Shown piece by piece: positions 31,465 to 41,183 of a stretch of 64,000 bases of DNA (position 1 is its first letter; each line of letters opens with the position of its first letter). The position numbers and the translations under genes were made by a program. A model generated the notes under the pieces. It was given only the letters and a program-made list of their open reading frames with translations. It searched no databases and had not been told where the DNA came from. Source of the DNA: Thermoprotei archaeon (GTDB lineage: Archaea > Thermoproteota > Thermoprotei > Thermoproteales > B15-G16); contig QMRC01000001.1 in the NCBI GenBank assembly GCA_003649205.1, positions 128,001 to 192,000 on the forward strand, given 5' to 3'.

Positions 31465-32197
31465 AAGTTCAGTTACAACAGCTCTATTCTATAGACCTCG
31501 TGAAACAGTACTTCATAAACTCAATCCACTAACTAAGCTAGCAATGATACTGATCATAACAGCAGTCCTCTTCAACACAGATAACCCAATAAAGCTAGCT
31601 ATTACACTTACTACGGTTCTCATACTCTTACACCTCGGTAAGGTACTGAGAAGCAGTCTAGTACTCATGACAACACTACTACCGATGTTTGCGCTGCTCT
31701 TCACAGTGTGTGCACTATCGTGGATGTACGTAGCTGACAAACCACCAACAACAGCAATCACAATAGCGACACTCATAACTACGAGACTAGTCATATTGAC
31801 CTTATCACTTCCAATACTCTACTCAACTACGAGACTGAGCGACATAGCTAGATCACTCCTACTACTCAAGATTCCCTTAAGCGCAGTACTCCCAATAATT
31901 CTAGCCTATAGATTCATACCGGTACTCCTAAGAGACCTAGCAACAGTGTACGAATCACAGATCTCTCGTGGATTAAGCTTTAGGACGAAGAACCCAGTGA
32001 AGATAATCAAGAACCTAGTTCCAGTAGCGATACCAGCAGTAATCGTAGCTACATTGAGGGCTATAGACCTAGCTGAAGTCCTAGCACTAAGAGGTGTAGC
32101 ACTCAAGAAAGTAAGATCTAGACCATCCATAACCCACTATGATGTACTACTGCTCGCAGTAGTAATAGCAATAGCAACAATACCCTTCACCACCTAA
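31451..32197 (+). CDS. ECF transporter T component
   Basis: LHKLNPLTK, YRFIP, QISRG, ALRG. Confidence 0.88.
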   Translation: MVLRRSSVTTALFYRPRETVLHKLNPLTKLAMILIITAVLFNTDNPIKLAITLTTVLILLHLGKVLRSSLVLMTTLLPMFALLFTVCALSWMYVADKPPTTAITIATLITTRLVILTLSLPILYSTTRLSDIARSLLLLKIPLSAVLPIILAYRFIPVLLRDLATVYESQISRGLSFRTKNPVKIIKNLVPVAIPAVIVATLRAIDLAEVLALRGVALKKVRSRPSITHYDVLLLAVVIAIATIPFTT

Positions 32198-32256
32198 AAT
32201 GAGAAACCTAAAAGTAGATACATTAAAAACCTAGAGAGAAGTACACAGTCGATAGA

Positions 32257-32344
32257 GCCGGGGTGCCCGAGCCAGGTCAAAGGGGGCGGATTCAGGGTCC
32301 GCTGGTGTAGGCCTGCGTGGGTTCAAATCCCACCCCCGGCACCA
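32257..32344 (+). tRNA. tRNA-Leu(CAG)
   Basis: GCGGA-TTCAGGG-TCCGC, variable arm, encoded CCA. Confidence 0.93.
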
Positions 32345-32349
32345 CAAAC

Positions 32350-32793
32350 CTAGCTCTCTAGCACCTCTATGTAGACTCTAACTCTCTTACCTATCAACCT
32401 AGCTGGAACCTGTACCTCAATAACAGCTCTTCTCCTAGTTTGTTTCTGCTGTTGCTGCTTCTTGGTCTTTCTCTGTGGTTTCTTCTCCTTAACAACAACT
32501 TCCTTAGGCCCAATTCTCTCAACTACCTTTGGTGATGTCTTAGCTACAACTTGTTCAATTGCACCGATACCCCACTTCGTTAGTGAGTATATTGCATTAG
32601 CTACTTCAGGTACCTCCGAGGGGAGAAATATTGAACCGCACTTAGGACATCTAACCTCACGTAGGTCAACTAACTCCATACCCTGGTACTCAGCCTTTAT
32701 ACCGTATACGTACCTCAATTCGAATCTACCATCAAATACAACAATAACTTCACTCCAATCAGCTCCACATCTAGGGCACTTACCGTAGCTCAA
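32350..32793 (-). CDS. Hypothetical Zn-ribbon protein with basic linker
   Basis: CPRC...CPKC; K/Q-rich linker; C-terminal VPARLIGKRVRVYI. Confidence 0.7.
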   Translation of the reverse strand: MSYGKCPRCGADWSEVIVVFDGRFELRYVYGIKAEYQGMELVDLREVRCPKCGSIFLPSEVPEVANAIYSLTKWGIGAIEQVVAKTSPKVVERIGPKEVVVKEKKPQRKTKKQQQQKQTRRRAVIEVQVPARLIGKRVRVYIEVLES

Positions 32794-32883
32794 GTCTGAT
32801 CACCGTATTGAGAAACCATGATTTACTTATAAGGTTGTTCACCTCTGTGGTTCTAGGGTTACTGTACTTAGAGGTGAGAGTAC

Positions 32884-34281
32884 TTGATATCTAGAGCTAT
32901 GATAAGGAATGTTGATGAACTTCGTGTAGCACCTGATGATGTAACTGCCAAAGCAAGAGAAATTGCTATAGCTCTTCTCGAAGCTGGATTGAAAGCAGCT
33001 GATCCTGTAACTGCTATTGAGAGAAACGTAGTTCTCGAAGGTGAGAAGCTAAGGATTAGAGACCTTGTCCTAGACTTGTCTAAGTACGATAGGGTACTTG
33101 TGGTTGGTGGTGGTAAGGCTTCAGCAGCTATGGCGTATGCTCTTGAGAAGGTACTCGATAAGTACATAACTGCAGGACTAGTAGTCGTACCCAGGGGTCT
33201 AGCTGAGACGTATAGGACTGAGAAGATTAGACTTCTTGAAGGTACTCACCCAATACCTAGTGAAGTGAATAGGAAGCACTGTGAGGAAATTATTGAGTTA
33301 CTGAAGCAAACTACCGAGAGAGATCTCGTGATATGTCTCATATCCGGTGGTGGTTCAGCTCTTCTCTGCTGTCCATACGATACCATATCTATGGAGGATA
33401 TGATGATGCTCACCAAGATACTGCTCAAGTGTGGTGCAAACATCAATGAGATCAATGTCGTGAGGAAGCATGTAGAGAAGCTCAAGGGTGGTAGATTAGC
33501 TAAGTTAGCTCACCCAGCAACCGTAGTCTCACTAATAGTATCTGATGTTGTTGGTGATCCACTCGATACAATAGCATCAGGACCGACAGCACCAGACCCA
33601 TCAACGTATAGTGATGCAATAAGCATACTGAAAAGGTACGGTGTGTGGGATGAAGTACCGGAGAGCGTGAGGGAAGTACTGAGTAAGGGAGCTAGAGGAG
33701 AGTTGGAAGAATCTCCAGGACCCGAAGACCCGGTATTCATGAAGGTACATAACGTAATCATAGCTAGTAATGAGCTTTCTCTAAAGGCTATGGAGCAAAA
33801 GGCTAGAGAGCTAGGTCTAAACACCTTAGTACTGACATCGTATCTAGAGGGCGAAGCAAAGGAGGTAGGTAAGGTCTTAGCCTCATTAGCAAAGCAGGTA
33901 CACTTTAAGGACTATCCACTTAAGAGACCATGTGCATTAATTGCTGGTGGTGAGACAACAGTTACATTACCTGCATACGGTGTTGGTTTAGGTGGTAGGA
34001 ATCAGGAGCTAGCGCTATCAGCAGCATTAATGATAAGAGGTTTGAGAGGTGTCGTCATAGCATCTATGGGTACCGATGGTATAGATGGTAATAGTGACGC
34101 AGCTGGAGCTATAGTGGATGGGTATACAGTAGATGAAGCATTGAAGAAGGGATTAGACCCCTATGACCACCTAGCTAAACACGATAGCTACACGTTCTTC
34201 AAGAAATTAGGGAGACACTTAATCATGACAGGACCAACAGGAACAAACGTGAATGACATAATGACTGTAGTCTGTCTCTAG
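32884..34281 (+). CDS. Glycerate 2-kinase (MOFRL family)
   Basis: GGGKAS, ISGGGSAL, SDVVGD, GGETTV, GGRNQE, TDGIDG, TGTNVND. Confidence 0.93.
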   Translation: MISRAMIRNVDELRVAPDDVTAKAREIAIALLEAGLKAADPVTAIERNVVLEGEKLRIRDLVLDLSKYDRVLVVGGGKASAAMAYALEKVLDKYITAGLVVVPRGLAETYRTEKIRLLEGTHPIPSEVNRKHCEEIIELLKQTTERDLVICLISGGGSALLCCPYDTISMEDMMMLTKILLKCGANINEINVVRKHVEKLKGGRLAKLAHPATVVSLIVSDVVGDPLDTIASGPTAPDPSTYSDAISILKRYGVWDEVPESVREVLSKGARGELEESPGPEDPVFMKVHNVIIASNELSLKAMEQKARELGLNTLVLTSYLEGEAKEVGKVLASLAKQVHFKDYPLKRPCALIAGGETTVTLPAYGVGLGGRNQELALSAALMIRGLRGVVIASMGTDGIDGNSDAAGAIVDGYTVDEALKKGLDPYDHLAKHDSYTFFKKLGRHLIMTGPTGTNVNDIMTVVCL

Positions 34282-34298
34282 CTCCTTAACCTACGCGT

Positions 34299-35360
34299 TC
34301 AGAATACTCCGTAGAGTGGTCGCTTAGGTGGAACTACGTATCTACCTACAATTGGTATTTTTGCTCCACATTCGGGACAAGTCATATCCTCCCTTAGATT
34401 CCACTCAAGTATTTCGAAGCCGAATCTAGCTATGAGTCTCTTACCGCATTCCGGACAGTAAGTATGTTCGTACCTGTGACCTGGTACATTACCTATGTAC
34501 ACGAACTTAATACCTTCCTCTCTAGCTATTTCACAAGCCTTCTCAAGTACCTGTACCGGTGTTGGTTCTACATCGAGGAATCTGTACTCTGGGTAAAACC
34601 TCGAGAAGTGTAGTGGTGTATCTGGTCCCAGTTCATCAACTATGTACTTACACATCTTCCTTATGTCGTCGAAGTTGTCATTTACTGTCGGTATGATTAG
34701 GTACGTTATCTCTATGTGTAGACCTCTTCTCTTCATTTCCTTAGTAGCGTGAAGTACTGGCTCTAGTCTTGCCTTTATGTACTTGCTGTATACTTCCTCT
34801 CTGAATGCTTTCCAATCGACGTTTGCAGCATCTATGTACTTACACAGCTCATCTAGAGCTTCATCAGTTGCGTACCCATTAGTGACGAGGATGTTCATTA
34901 ACCCCTCTCTCTTTGCTAACTTAGCGACATCTACAACGTACTCAAACCAAATTATTGGTTCATTATATGTGTAGGATATGCTCATACAACCATACGACTT
35001 TGCCTCCTCGACAACTAGCTCAGGATCCATGTGTCGGAGATGCCATGAGTAGTTCTTTATCGTTGTCTGCGATATCGGCCAATTTTGACACCATGGACAT
35101 CTGAAGTTGCAGCCTACACTAGCTATGCTGTATGTTAGGTGATTTGGCCAGAAGTGGTAGAGCGGTTTCTTCATTACTGGATCAATACCTATTGACGATA
35201 CCTTACCGTATGAGAGGAGAACTAGCTTACCACCCCTATTCTCACGCATACCACATATACCTGTAGCACCTGGAGGTATAACACACCTGTGAGGACATAC
35301 GAGACACTGAAAGGTTCCATTACCTAGGTCCTTACATAATCTAGCTAGTACTTCAGGCAT
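34299..35360 (-). CDS. amrS: AmmeMemoRadiSam-system radical SAM enzyme
   Basis: CPHRC, DPVMKKPLYHF, GCNFRCPWCQN, YTYNEP, YIGNVPG. Confidence 0.88.
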   Translation of the reverse strand: MPEVLARLCKDLGNGTFQCLVCPHRCVIPPGATGICGMRENRGGKLVLLSYGKVSSIGIDPVMKKPLYHFWPNHLTYSIASVGCNFRCPWCQNWPISQTTIKNYSWHLRHMDPELVVEEAKSYGCMSISYTYNEPIIWFEYVVDVAKLAKREGLMNILVTNGYATDEALDELCKYIDAANVDWKAFREEVYSKYIKARLEPVLHATKEMKRRGLHIEITYLIIPTVNDNFDDIRKMCKYIVDELGPDTPLHFSRFYPEYRFLDVEPTPVQVLEKACEIAREEGIKFVYIGNVPGHRYEHTYCPECGKRLIARFGFEILEWNLREDMTCPECGAKIPIVGRYVVPPKRPLYGVF

Positions 35361-35416
35361 GTGGATGCACCTACGTTATGTAGTGCACCTGTGTAGAATA
35401 TAAGATCTCTTGAGAT

Positions 35417-36613
35417 TTGTTTAAGAGCTTTGAGAGTAGTTCTATGGGGTGTCTGTACGTGGGTTTACAGACAGATGCTATTCACTCACACGGTTACTAC
35501 GATGAGGCTACAGGTACGTTCATACCACCGATCTACCAGGTAGCTATGTTTGAGCAAATTGTTGAGCCTAGACTCAGCGACCGTGGTGTTGACCTCAAAT
35601 ACTCTAGGGAGGAAAATCCAACTGTTAGATGTTTAGAGAGAGTAATTGCAAGGCTTGAAGAAGGTGATGATGCACTGTGCTTTTCAAGCGGCATGGCTGC
35701 AATATCCTGTGTGTACATTGGCTTACTCAGGAAGGGAGATAGAGTCGTGATACCTATGGAAGCTTATGGAACAACCATACAGCTCGCACTCGAGCTAAAG
35801 GAGAAATTCGGAATAGAGGTTGTTACCGTGTACCCAGAAACCGAGGAAGTAATCAATGCAGTGAACAGAAACACGAAGCTAGTCCTCGTTGAGACAATAA
35901 CGAACCCAATGCTCAGAGTAATAGACGTACCTGAAGTAGCTAAGGTATGTAAGGAATACGGAGTTACACTAGTAGTGGACAATACCTTCGCAACACCAGT
36001 ACTGTACAAACCACTGAGAGATGGAGCAACACTAGTTATCCACAGTATGACTAAGTATATAGCAGGTCACAACGATGTTATTGCTGGATCAGTAATTGGA
36101 TCAAGAGAATTAATCCTACATCTATGGGATTGGAGAAGAAAATTAGGAACGATAATACCACCCTTCGAAGCGTACCTAGTACTTAGAGGAGTCAAGACAC
36201 TTGAGCTTAGAGTTAGAAAGCACTGTGAGAATGCACAAGCAGTAGCTGAGTTCCTAAAGGAGCATTCAAGAGTTGAGGAGGTCTTGTACCCTGGATTACC
36301 AGATAATAGGTATCACGAAGTAGCTAAGAAGCTACTTAGAGGTGGATTTGGAGGAGTTGTCTCATTTAAGATTAAGGGAGGTAAAGAAGAAGTACGTAAA
36401 TTCTTCAAGAACCTCAAAGTAATTAAACCAGCACCAAGTCTAGGAGGACCTGAGAGCCTAATAACGTACCCAGTGCTCAGTGCAGCAAGGACAATACCTG
36501 TAGAATTTAGGGAGAAATTAGGAATTACAGAGAACTTAGTTAGACTATCAGTTGGTCTCGAGGATGTTAATGACATAATCGAGGACCTAGATAGAGCACT
36601 TAAAGCAATTTAG
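35417..36613 (+). CDS. metB: Cystathionine gamma-synthase/lyase family (start probably about 35460)
   Basis: YSREENPT, FSSGMAA, DNTFATP, HSMTKYIAGH, SLGG, RLSVGLE. Confidence 0.85.
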   Translation: MFKSFESSSMGCLYVGLQTDAIHSHGYYDEATGTFIPPIYQVAMFEQIVEPRLSDRGVDLKYSREENPTVRCLERVIARLEEGDDALCFSSGMAAISCVYIGLLRKGDRVVIPMEAYGTTIQLALELKEKFGIEVVTVYPETEEVINAVNRNTKLVLVETITNPMLRVIDVPEVAKVCKEYGVTLVVDNTFATPVLYKPLRDGATLVIHSMTKYIAGHNDVIAGSVIGSRELILHLWDWRRKLGTIIPPFEAYLVLRGVKTLELRVRKHCENAQAVAEFLKEHSRVEEVLYPGLPDNRYHEVAKKLLRGGFGGVVSFKIKGGKEEVRKFFKNLKVIKPAPSLGGPESLITYPVLSAARTIPVEFREKLGITENLVRLSVGLEDVNDIIEDLDRALKAI

Positions 36614-36825
36614 TTAATCATCTTCGCCCTCTAATTAGCATCAAGAATTTCCTTAACAACCCCCATCTCCACCTATACCTCCACCTATGTCTATACCTCA
36701 TCAACACACCCAATAGAAAAGAGAATTAGACACAGTAAAAGAACTTTTCCCTCACACAACAACAGGGTAAACCCATGTAGAAAGCCATATAAAGCCCTTA
36801 GAGATGACAAAGAGAGACGAGAACT

Positions 36826-36933
36826 GGGCCCGTAGCTCAGCCTGGTAGAGCGTCGGGCTCTTAACTTGGGTCTGAGGATCGATGACTGGGAGAGACCCGA
36901 AGGTCCCGGGTTCAAATCCCGGCGGGCCCGCCA
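36826..36933 (+). tRNA. tRNA-Lys(CTT) with 31-nt intron (36864..36894) at position 37/38
   Basis: TCGGG-CTCTTA[intron]A-CCCGA; D and T arms and CCA intact. Confidence 0.9.
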
Positions 36934-37047
36934 TACTCCCTCCTCCTCACCACAATCACTAGAGGCAAATCTACGACCCTTAAGATGTTAAGCTATAAAT
37001 TAGCCTTAAGAGTTTAAACCTTAGATCGACTAGGGTTGTGACAGTGT

Positions 37048-38343
37048 ATGAGACTACTGGCTTTGTCCGTAATACTGAGCTTACTCTTGATATTTACTGC
37101 CATAACGTCGATGTATGGTGATTATGAGGAGAAGGTTGTTTCATTACGTGGTCTCGAAAGGTATAGGATTACTATCGACTTTAAGGTGCTTCAGTATGGT
37201 TTTGTGTTGCCTAGTCTTGAGGTTTTGCTGAGTAACTCAAGTACCTTTAAGGTGTACCTAAACAGTAAGTTCACTCCCCTACCTGGATTTTACCTATTTT
37301 TGAGGCGTATTGTTGAGCGTAGACATGCGATGCTGTGCTGTGGTTCTTGGTATGAGCTTGAGATTCATAATGACGGTAGGTTCATGAGGTTTATTGTCAA
37401 GGTGCTTAATTCAACGTTTATCGTAACCAGGGTACACACCGTACCTGTACTGTTTAGTCAGGGATTGACGTATGGTGGTGGGTATTGGTACTTTACTGGA
37501 ACAGCTTCAATCTACAAGCTTTCTCCGGACATGAGTAAGGTAGTGGAGTACAGTGATGATCCTATACCGGTGTTTCTGAAGGAGGAAGGGTACTTTCACC
37601 TAGGTGACCTGGATTACTATAGGGGCTTGTTGCTGATACCTATTGAGAAAACTGGATATGTGAGACCTGCTGTCATAGCTTGTTACAACGCATCGACGTT
37701 GGAGCTTGTTAGGTATGCGTATGTGCCTCAGGATCACATGCCGTGGATTGCTGTTGATGGGAGTGGTTACATCTATACCTCGGAGTTCTCACCTGTTCGT
37801 GAGATCTATGTGTATCACGTAGATTTGATTGGTAGGGGGAATTCTATTGAGCCTACTAGGATTTTGAGGTTGAGTTGTGAGTTGAGGAATGTCCAGGGTG
37901 GTGTTGTGCTTGGTGGTGGTAAGCTCCTTCTCTCAGCTGATGATGGTGATAATCTCTACGTTGTTGATTTGAGGAGTGGTGAGGTGAGTAAGTTAGTTAC
38001 GTTACCTGGTCTCTACGAGATGGAGGGTATTGAGTTTGTTGGTGATGATAATTCGATCTATGTACTTGTGAATACTCATGAGGAGGAGAACATCGTGTAC
38101 GAGCTCAAGTACTTTGAGAGAGGGTCTTCTCTAGAGGTATTTAGGTTGAGGACTAGTGATGTTGAGGTGCATGATAAGGTGATTATTAGGTACAGAGCAT
38201 CTGAGGTCGTTCTAGGGGGTGTGCGGTGTGAAGCTACTGGATTTGGCATGAAGACTAACCTTGGGGTAGTGCTTGGTGTTGCTGTGGTGTGTGCTCTGTT
38301 GATTACTCTCTACCGGTACTTCAGGCTTAAGAGAGTAAAGTAG
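37048..38343 (+). CDS. Secreted or membrane-anchored protein, probable beta-propeller
   Basis: Signal peptide, C-terminal TM with basic tail, repeats SQGLT / LGDLD / VQGGV / MEGIE. Confidence 0.7.
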   Translation: MRLLALSVILSLLLIFTAITSMYGDYEEKVVSLRGLERYRITIDFKVLQYGFVLPSLEVLLSNSSTFKVYLNSKFTPLPGFYLFLRRIVERRHAMLCCGSWYELEIHNDGRFMRFIVKVLNSTFIVTRVHTVPVLFSQGLTYGGGYWYFTGTASIYKLSPDMSKVVEYSDDPIPVFLKEEGYFHLGDLDYYRGLLLIPIEKTGYVRPAVIACYNASTLELVRYAYVPQDHMPWIAVDGSGYIYTSEFSPVREIYVYHVDLIGRGNSIEPTRILRLSCELRNVQGGVVLGGGKLLLSADDGDNLYVVDLRSGEVSKLVTLPGLYEMEGIEFVGDDNSIYVLVNTHEEENIVYELKYFERGSSLEVFRLRTSDVEVHDKVIIRYRASEVVLGGVRCEATGFGMKTNLGVVLGVAVVCALLITLYRYFRLKRVK

Positions 38344-38350
38344 TTAGGTA

Positions 38351-38400
38351 TCAGCTAAGAGAAACTTCTTCACCTACTCTGTGAGTAGGGGCTTCATCAT
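38351..38400 (-). ncRNA. C/D-box guide sRNA
   Basis: Minus strand reads ATGATGA-AGCCCCTACTCA-CAGA-GTAGG-TGAAGA-AGTTTCTCTTAG-CTGA, with two 12-nt guides. Confidence 0.82.
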
Positions 38401-38455
38401 CGATCCCTTAATGGTGAGTACGATTATCTAGGTTACTACTTACCTTCTCCATTAA

Positions 38456-39412
38456 CTATTCAGTTCTTACCTTTACTTCATTCCTCAATCTAGTCCAAAC
38501 TTCGTACATCACTAATGACTTTGCTGTACAGCATGTGTCGAGTACATAGTCTAGTAAGTTGTCTATGGTCGTGAGTTCATTGTGTATGCTATTTCTTACA
38601 TAGTGCATCACAGGAGAACACAATACTCTGTACAATGTCTCTAGGTGGTAGAGTCTTGCTATGCTCAGTCCATGACTATACGCCTTCACCACTATTTGAT
38701 CTATGTCCTCTACCTCTAGACTACTGAGTTTCTGTAGTGAACTTACTTCACTTAGGAAGTCCATCTCAAATGCATCTATTGGTTCAGCGAATTCATCGCC
38801 TATGACAGCACTTGCCAGTAGAACTTTATTGGAGAGGTGTCTACTCGCTATCTCAATTGCTAAACCGCTTGTGTTGAGTACATTACTGTGCTTGACTATG
38901 TTCATAAGTGCTCTACTCACTTCACTTTCCATTTCCATACCGTTTACTGAGCTACCTACTGTTAAGTACATTGTCAAGATCTTGAGGTCATGGAGGAACC
39001 AGTTGAGGTGCTCAAATACTATTACCCTATCCACGTAGTATGGATCTTCTTTAGCTTCAAGTACTTCTCTGAAGTACTTAATAGCTAGGCTCAGTACCTC
39101 TTCAAAGCAATTGAGTTCTGTAGCTTTTACCCTAGTCTCTAATTCATGACTTACATCTAGTAGGTATCTCGTTACCTCACTGTAGTTACATGTCTCGACA
39201 AGTATGGTACTGAGTTTAAAGAACTTCCATTCCAACCAGTCAATTAATTTCAGTTTCTTAGCTATGTGCTGAACTAAGTGATTGCTACTAGTTACTGATT
39301 CCAGTAGGTGAGTTGACTGATTTAATTCCTGGATATGTGTAATGAGTTCTCTGTGGAATCTATAGGTGTTGAAGTTGTTCTTAATCACTAGGTTTAGTAA
39401 GTGAATCAGCAC
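38456..39412 (-). CDS. Hypothetical helical protein
   Basis: 318 aa ORF, no recognisable motif. Confidence 0.7.
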   Translation of the reverse strand: MLIHLLNLVIKNNFNTYRFHRELITHIQELNQSTHLLESVTSSNHLVQHIAKKLKLIDWLEWKFFKLSTILVETCNYSEVTRYLLDVSHELETRVKATELNCFEEVLSLAIKYFREVLEAKEDPYYVDRVIVFEHLNWFLHDLKILTMYLTVGSSVNGMEMESEVSRALMNIVKHSNVLNTSGLAIEIASRHLSNKVLLASAVIGDEFAEPIDAFEMDFLSEVSSLQKLSSLEVEDIDQIVVKAYSHGLSIARLYHLETLYRVLCSPVMHYVRNSIHNELTTIDNLLDYVLDTCCTAKSLVMYEVWTRLRNEVKVRTE

Positions 39413-39433
39413 AGTGTATAATACGTGGTTGTC

Positions 39434-40081
39434 TTACTTCAGTATTTCAGTTAGTAAGATTATGGGGTCTATGTTCCTGTCTACTAGCTCTTGTTGAAGG
39501 AGCCAGTATGTGAAGATACCTAGTGCTAGCTTCTTCACGTAGTACGTAGTTGCTGAATTGTACTTCTCTAGTAACTTAAGTGGTGTAAATCTTAGCTGTA
39601 TCTTTGTACTATCTAAATTCAGTACCATTCTCGTTTCTTGGTCTAGTGGTTTATCGACTAGGAAGTTCTGTGGTACCTCTGTGCTTAGGTAGGATCTCCA
39701 GCCAATACCCCTACTGGTGTAGAGTACGTACTCTCTCGTAGCTACTACTATTGATGAGTTTGGTAGCTGCACCATAAACCCTCTCTTCTTTAATGTTTCG
39801 TAATCCTTTTTGACTAATTCAGCTATGTTCTTCGGTGTTGATGTTGTTAATCTTATGAGTACTGCCTTCTTTACAGCTACTCCCTTCTCTTCAAACACTA
39901 TAAACCCTTCATACCTCCTCCTTCTCGGTATTACATGGCCACTTCCAATCTGTACTCTTCCAAGGTGTATTGCCACAATACCGAACTTAGGTAGTGCTTT
40001 ACTGTATTTCCTCAGTGCATCGCCTACATACTTGAGCATCTGGTATACTTCTCGGTACCTTCCCTCAACCTCACTACCCAC
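39434..40081 (-). CDS. Hypothetical protein
   Basis: 215 aa ORF; GGAGGT SD lies inside the upstream ATPase gene. Confidence 0.7.
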   Translation of the reverse strand: MGSEVEGRYREVYQMLKYVGDALRKYSKALPKFGIVAIHLGRVQIGSGHVIPRRRRYEGFIVFEEKGVAVKKAVLIRLTTSTPKNIAELVKKDYETLKKRGFMVQLPNSSIVVATREYVLYTSRGIGWRSYLSTEVPQNFLVDKPLDQETRMVLNLDSTKIQLRFTPLKLLEKYNSATTYYVKKLALGIFTYWLLQQELVDRNIDPIILLTEILK

Positions 40082-40082
40082 A

Positions 40083-41117
40083 CTAATCGACCTCCATAGT
40101 TATGTCCAGTTCATTGAGTAGGTTCTGGAAGTGTCTGAGTACCTGCTCATTGTACACAGTGCTCTCGAGTAGTCTACGAAGTACGTCGGATTCGGTACTA
40201 GCTTCATGCAGTCGAAGCTTCATCAAGGCCTCGTACAGTGCTCTGATGCTACCGGGATTCCTCGAGGACCAAACTAGCTTAGTAACGATGTCAGCAACTA
40301 GTTCTTCGAGGTCAGTACTACTTCTCAGCATTGGGAGTAGGGACCTGAGTATGTACCTGACATCGCTTTTCTGAAGTGGATCAAGTACGTAGATGCTGAG
40401 TATTCCTCTCTGGTACGATAACCATCTCTCAAAGCTTAGCTTATTTTCCTCTGTGAGTATTGGTAGCACTGCTACTACGACCTTTACGTGTTCTTCATGA
40501 CTTCTACTCGTTAAGTGGTTGAAGAAGGTCGATAATCCTCTCCAATCGAGACCTGGTACCTCTATGAGAGGTTCAAACTGATCCCATAGTAGAGCTACCT
40601 TCAGATTTAGCTTCTCAATTAATCTACACATAGCTAGAACTAGCTCATGGATACTAGCTCTCGTCTCTGTAGAGGACTTAACTATCTCCTTCATGCTGGG
40701 AATTAGTGATTTGGCTTGAGATAGTACTCCCACCTCATCTAGATTATCGATGAAGTCTACTGGTGAATTACCTATGTGAATGGGTCCATATGGTGGTCCT
40801 CTAGCTAGATCACTAACTACATACTCAAGTAAATTACGTATCAATTCGTTAACTTCAACGTAACTCCTTCTCATGTACTCAAAAGCATACCCAACTCTAA
40901 ATCTAATGACGAAGAATCCTCTCCTAATTAGTTCACTACCGATAGCTTTGAGCAAGTGCGTTTTGCCGAAACCGTAGTCTCCAATGATGATTGTGGGTCT
41001 ATATCCTTCAGCTAGAATTCTAGCCTTTACGCTTCTGTAGTCAATGTACTTAGTCCTCTCGATATCACTTAGAGATTTAAGCTCTTCGGCATCAATTAGT
41101 GTAAGTGTGCTCTGCAC
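40083..41117 (-). CDS. P-loop ATPase (AAA+/STAND-like)
   Basis: Walker A GDYGFGKT, Walker B LLWDQFE, GSIR sensor-like motif. Confidence 0.82.
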   Translation of the reverse strand: MQSTLTLIDAEELKSLSDIERTKYIDYRSVKARILAEGYRPTIIIGDYGFGKTHLLKAIGSELIRRGFFVIRFRVGYAFEYMRRSYVEVNELIRNLLEYVVSDLARGPPYGPIHIGNSPVDFIDNLDEVGVLSQAKSLIPSMKEIVKSSTETRASIHELVLAMCRLIEKLNLKVALLWDQFEPLIEVPGLDWRGLSTFFNHLTSRSHEEHVKVVVAVLPILTEENKLSFERWLSYQRGILSIYVLDPLQKSDVRYILRSLLPMLRSSTDLEELVADIVTKLVWSSRNPGSIRALYEALMKLRLHEASTESDVLRRLLESTVYNEQVLRHFQNLLNELDITMEVD

Positions 41118-41183
41118 ACACCTCCCATTAGGTGCTTGGTATGTTGAGGATAATTAATTATTTACGACTCACAATTACCTGTA

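Noticed and set aside
36864-36894. Unusual tRNA intron
   Set aside because: Canonical 37/38 position, common in crenarchaeotes; the BHB is only somewhat relaxed
36691-36934. Small ORFs antisense to tRNA-Lys (and 57884..58081 over tRNA-Asp)
   Set aside because: They translate tRNA sequence (PGFEPG-type artefacts)
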